Assembly: GCF_020745735.1 (NCBI RefSeq)
Contig: NC_083446.1
Coordinates: 24,034,068 to 24,098,067 of the forward strand
Reading direction: 5' to 3'
Source of the DNA: Hemiscyllium ocellatum
Lineage: Eukaryota
Length of the DNA: 64,000 nt
Shown here: in pieces, positions 61,921 through 64,000 of the stretch
How the letters are laid out: each line of letters begins with the position of its first letter
Numbering within the stretch: position 1 is the stretch's first letter
Notes under the pieces: model-generated
Seen by the model: only the letters and a program-made list of their open reading frames with translations
Database searches by the model: none
What the model was told of the DNA's origin: nothing
Program-made: the position numbers and the translations under genes

Positions 61921-62994
61921 TAATCCTATGTAGAAAATCACCATTGTATGAAACAAAAAGTGTATTAAGAACATCGAGAAGAATTATAAAGTTTCTCACA
62001 AAAAAGTCTCAGTTATTCAGCACTGAATGTAAATGATTTTATCACATGGCCACACTTCACTATTTGCTTGATAGCACTGAAACAGCAGTAATCACAATAC
62101 TCTTACTAGGAGTAGGAGAAACCCATTGTCCATGCGCCAATTGGGGGTTCTTAATGACTTATTAATGGTCTCAGTAGGACCTGACAACCTGGTCCTGGTA
62201 ATGTTGTGAACAGTCTCGCCCTCACGGCTTCTTTCACTCACTTACACTGATTTCCAGTTCCCGTAATGATCGCCACCATGGACAGGAGTCTGTTCCAGAA
62301 TGCAGATGGGATAACCTGTTGTGAGCCATAAGGTAATTCTTTAGGAGGGACATCCTCCAGGTGCGTCTCTAGGATACAGGAGGAGGTAAACCACACAACG
62401 GAGGACCCACCTACTGCTAATAAACTGCCAGCACTGCGGGAACAGACTCTATATTGACCACCTGACTGGCCATCCTTTCCCTAATTTGGGATCAATAAAA
62501 TACTACAGAGGTGGAAATATGAGAGGCACTGAAACTCCTTCCTTCCCTTATCATCTTCCACCCAATTATGCACCTAATGACCTTGCAGCCTGTTCCTACA
62601 GGAATGATTGAACCCAGTCCCATTCCAATATTCAAGAAGATGAAGAGCAGTCAAAATTGATAAATCTTAACACAAACAGTCTTGACCTGACTGTCAAATT
62701 CCAAAGTGTAACTTGAGATGAGTTCAATAAAAGTGGCAGAAGTACAGAAGCAACAACTTCCATCCATCAGAAATATATTTTTTTTATGAATGGGAACGGG
62801 TGGTCCGCTATTTGGAACGGAGCAGTGCATTTGAAAAGGTAATGTGGAGCAGCAATGTTATGTGATGGATGTGCACACAAATTGAATCGGTTTGCTGATT
62901 CAGTTTTGCTAAAGCTTTGGCAGACACATTCCAATTAGAATTAATTAAATCTGCCAAAGTGGATGTTAAATACTCACATTTATGAGATGCTTTA

Positions 62995-63720
62995 ACATAG
63001 AACATAGAAAAACATAGCACAGAATAGGCCCTTTGGCTCACGACGGTGTGCCGCGAGTTGATCCTTATGTAAGATATAATAACAACCTACATACACCTCA
63101 ACTCACTGCTATCCATGTGCATGTCCAGCTGTCGCTTAAATGTCCCTAATGACTCTGCTTCCACCACCCCCTCTGGCAATGCATTCTATGCATTCACAAC
63201 TGTCTGTATAACGAACCTACCTCTAATGCCTCCTCTATACCTTTCTCCTAATATCTTAAAACTATGACCCCCTCGTACCAGTCAATCCTGCCCTGGGGTA
63301 AATTCTCTAGCTATTGACTTTATCTATTCCGCTCATTATTTTGTTCACCTCGATCATGTCTCCTCTCTTCCTCATTCTTTCCAGAGAAAAAAGACTGAGC
63401 TTATTCAACCTCTCTTCATAAGGCAAGCCCTCCAGTCCAGACAGCATCCTGGTAAACCTTCTTTGCACCCTCTCAAAAGCCTCTATATCTTTCTTATAGC
63501 AGGGCGACCGGAACTGGCACAATATTCGAGGTGTGGTCTCACCAGGGAATTGTAGAGCTGTAGCAAAACCTCGCTGCTCTCAAACTCGATTCCCCTGTAA
63601 TGAAAGCATAAACATCATATGCTTTCTTTACAACCCTATCCATTTTGGTGGCAACTTTGAGGGATCTATGTACTTGCACACCCAGATCCCTCTGTTCCTC
63701 CACACTGCCAAGAATCCTGT
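62995..63720 (-). mobile_element. CR1 3' fragment
   Basis: Minus ORF 63307-63522 YKKDIEAFERVQRRFTRMLSGLEGLPYEERLNKLSLFSLERMR; (ACATAGA)n tail at 62995-63020. Confidence 0.85.
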
Positions 63721-64000
63721 ATTTAACCCTATATTCAGCATTCGAGTTCGACCTTCCAAACTGGAAAAGGATGCACTGAATGCCAAACAGGATAAGGTTG
63801 TTGGCATGTATCAGACCAATGACCAGAAAGCTGAAACCGGCTTTTAAGCAAACGTTCAAAGAGAGAATGAATATCAGAGGGCATCTAAGGAAGTTTATCA
63901 GTAAAGTACAGCTAATTAAGGGGACTTGATCATACTCATGGACAAAAAAGATATGAAGCAATCAGAGAACCAAAGAACAGAGTGTGTATATAAGAGGTAC

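Noticed and set aside
62100-62480. Minus-strand stretch weakly resembling a retroviral/Gypsy integrase C-terminus (ELPYGS..VKEA..PG.QVLL)
   Set aside because: Similarity is too faint to call without a profile search.

Overview
Cartilaginous-fish (shark) genomic DNA, rich in repeats. The centre is one complete IgM heavy-chain cluster on the + strand: leader 31903-31951, VH 32080-32384, D1 32812-32825, an apparent germline-fused D2-JH 33193-33244, Cmu1-4 43881-50652 with secretory tail, and TM1/TM2 57477-57752. The cluster looks like a pseudogene: VH Cys22 is replaced by Trp, Cmu1 and Cmu2 carry in-frame stops, the Cmu4 membrane-form splice donor reads CT instead of GT, and a 4-kb inverted Penelope-like element with a 15-bp target-site duplication sits at the TM1 splice acceptor. 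A decayed C2H2 zinc-finger gene with a CpG-rich promoter lies at the left edge. The rest is CR1/L2-group LINEs, HE1-like SINEs, Gypsy remnants and Penelope-like elements (PLEs). The most unusual patterns are (i) the V-D-DJ configuration and (ii) four ~200-240 bp near-palindromic, TSD-flanked mini-elements, each made of two head-to-head minimal hammerhead-ribozyme units; three of them lie in the J-Cmu intron. All calls come from reading the sequence by eye and from recalled family knowledge; no database search was run, and repeat boundaries are approximate.
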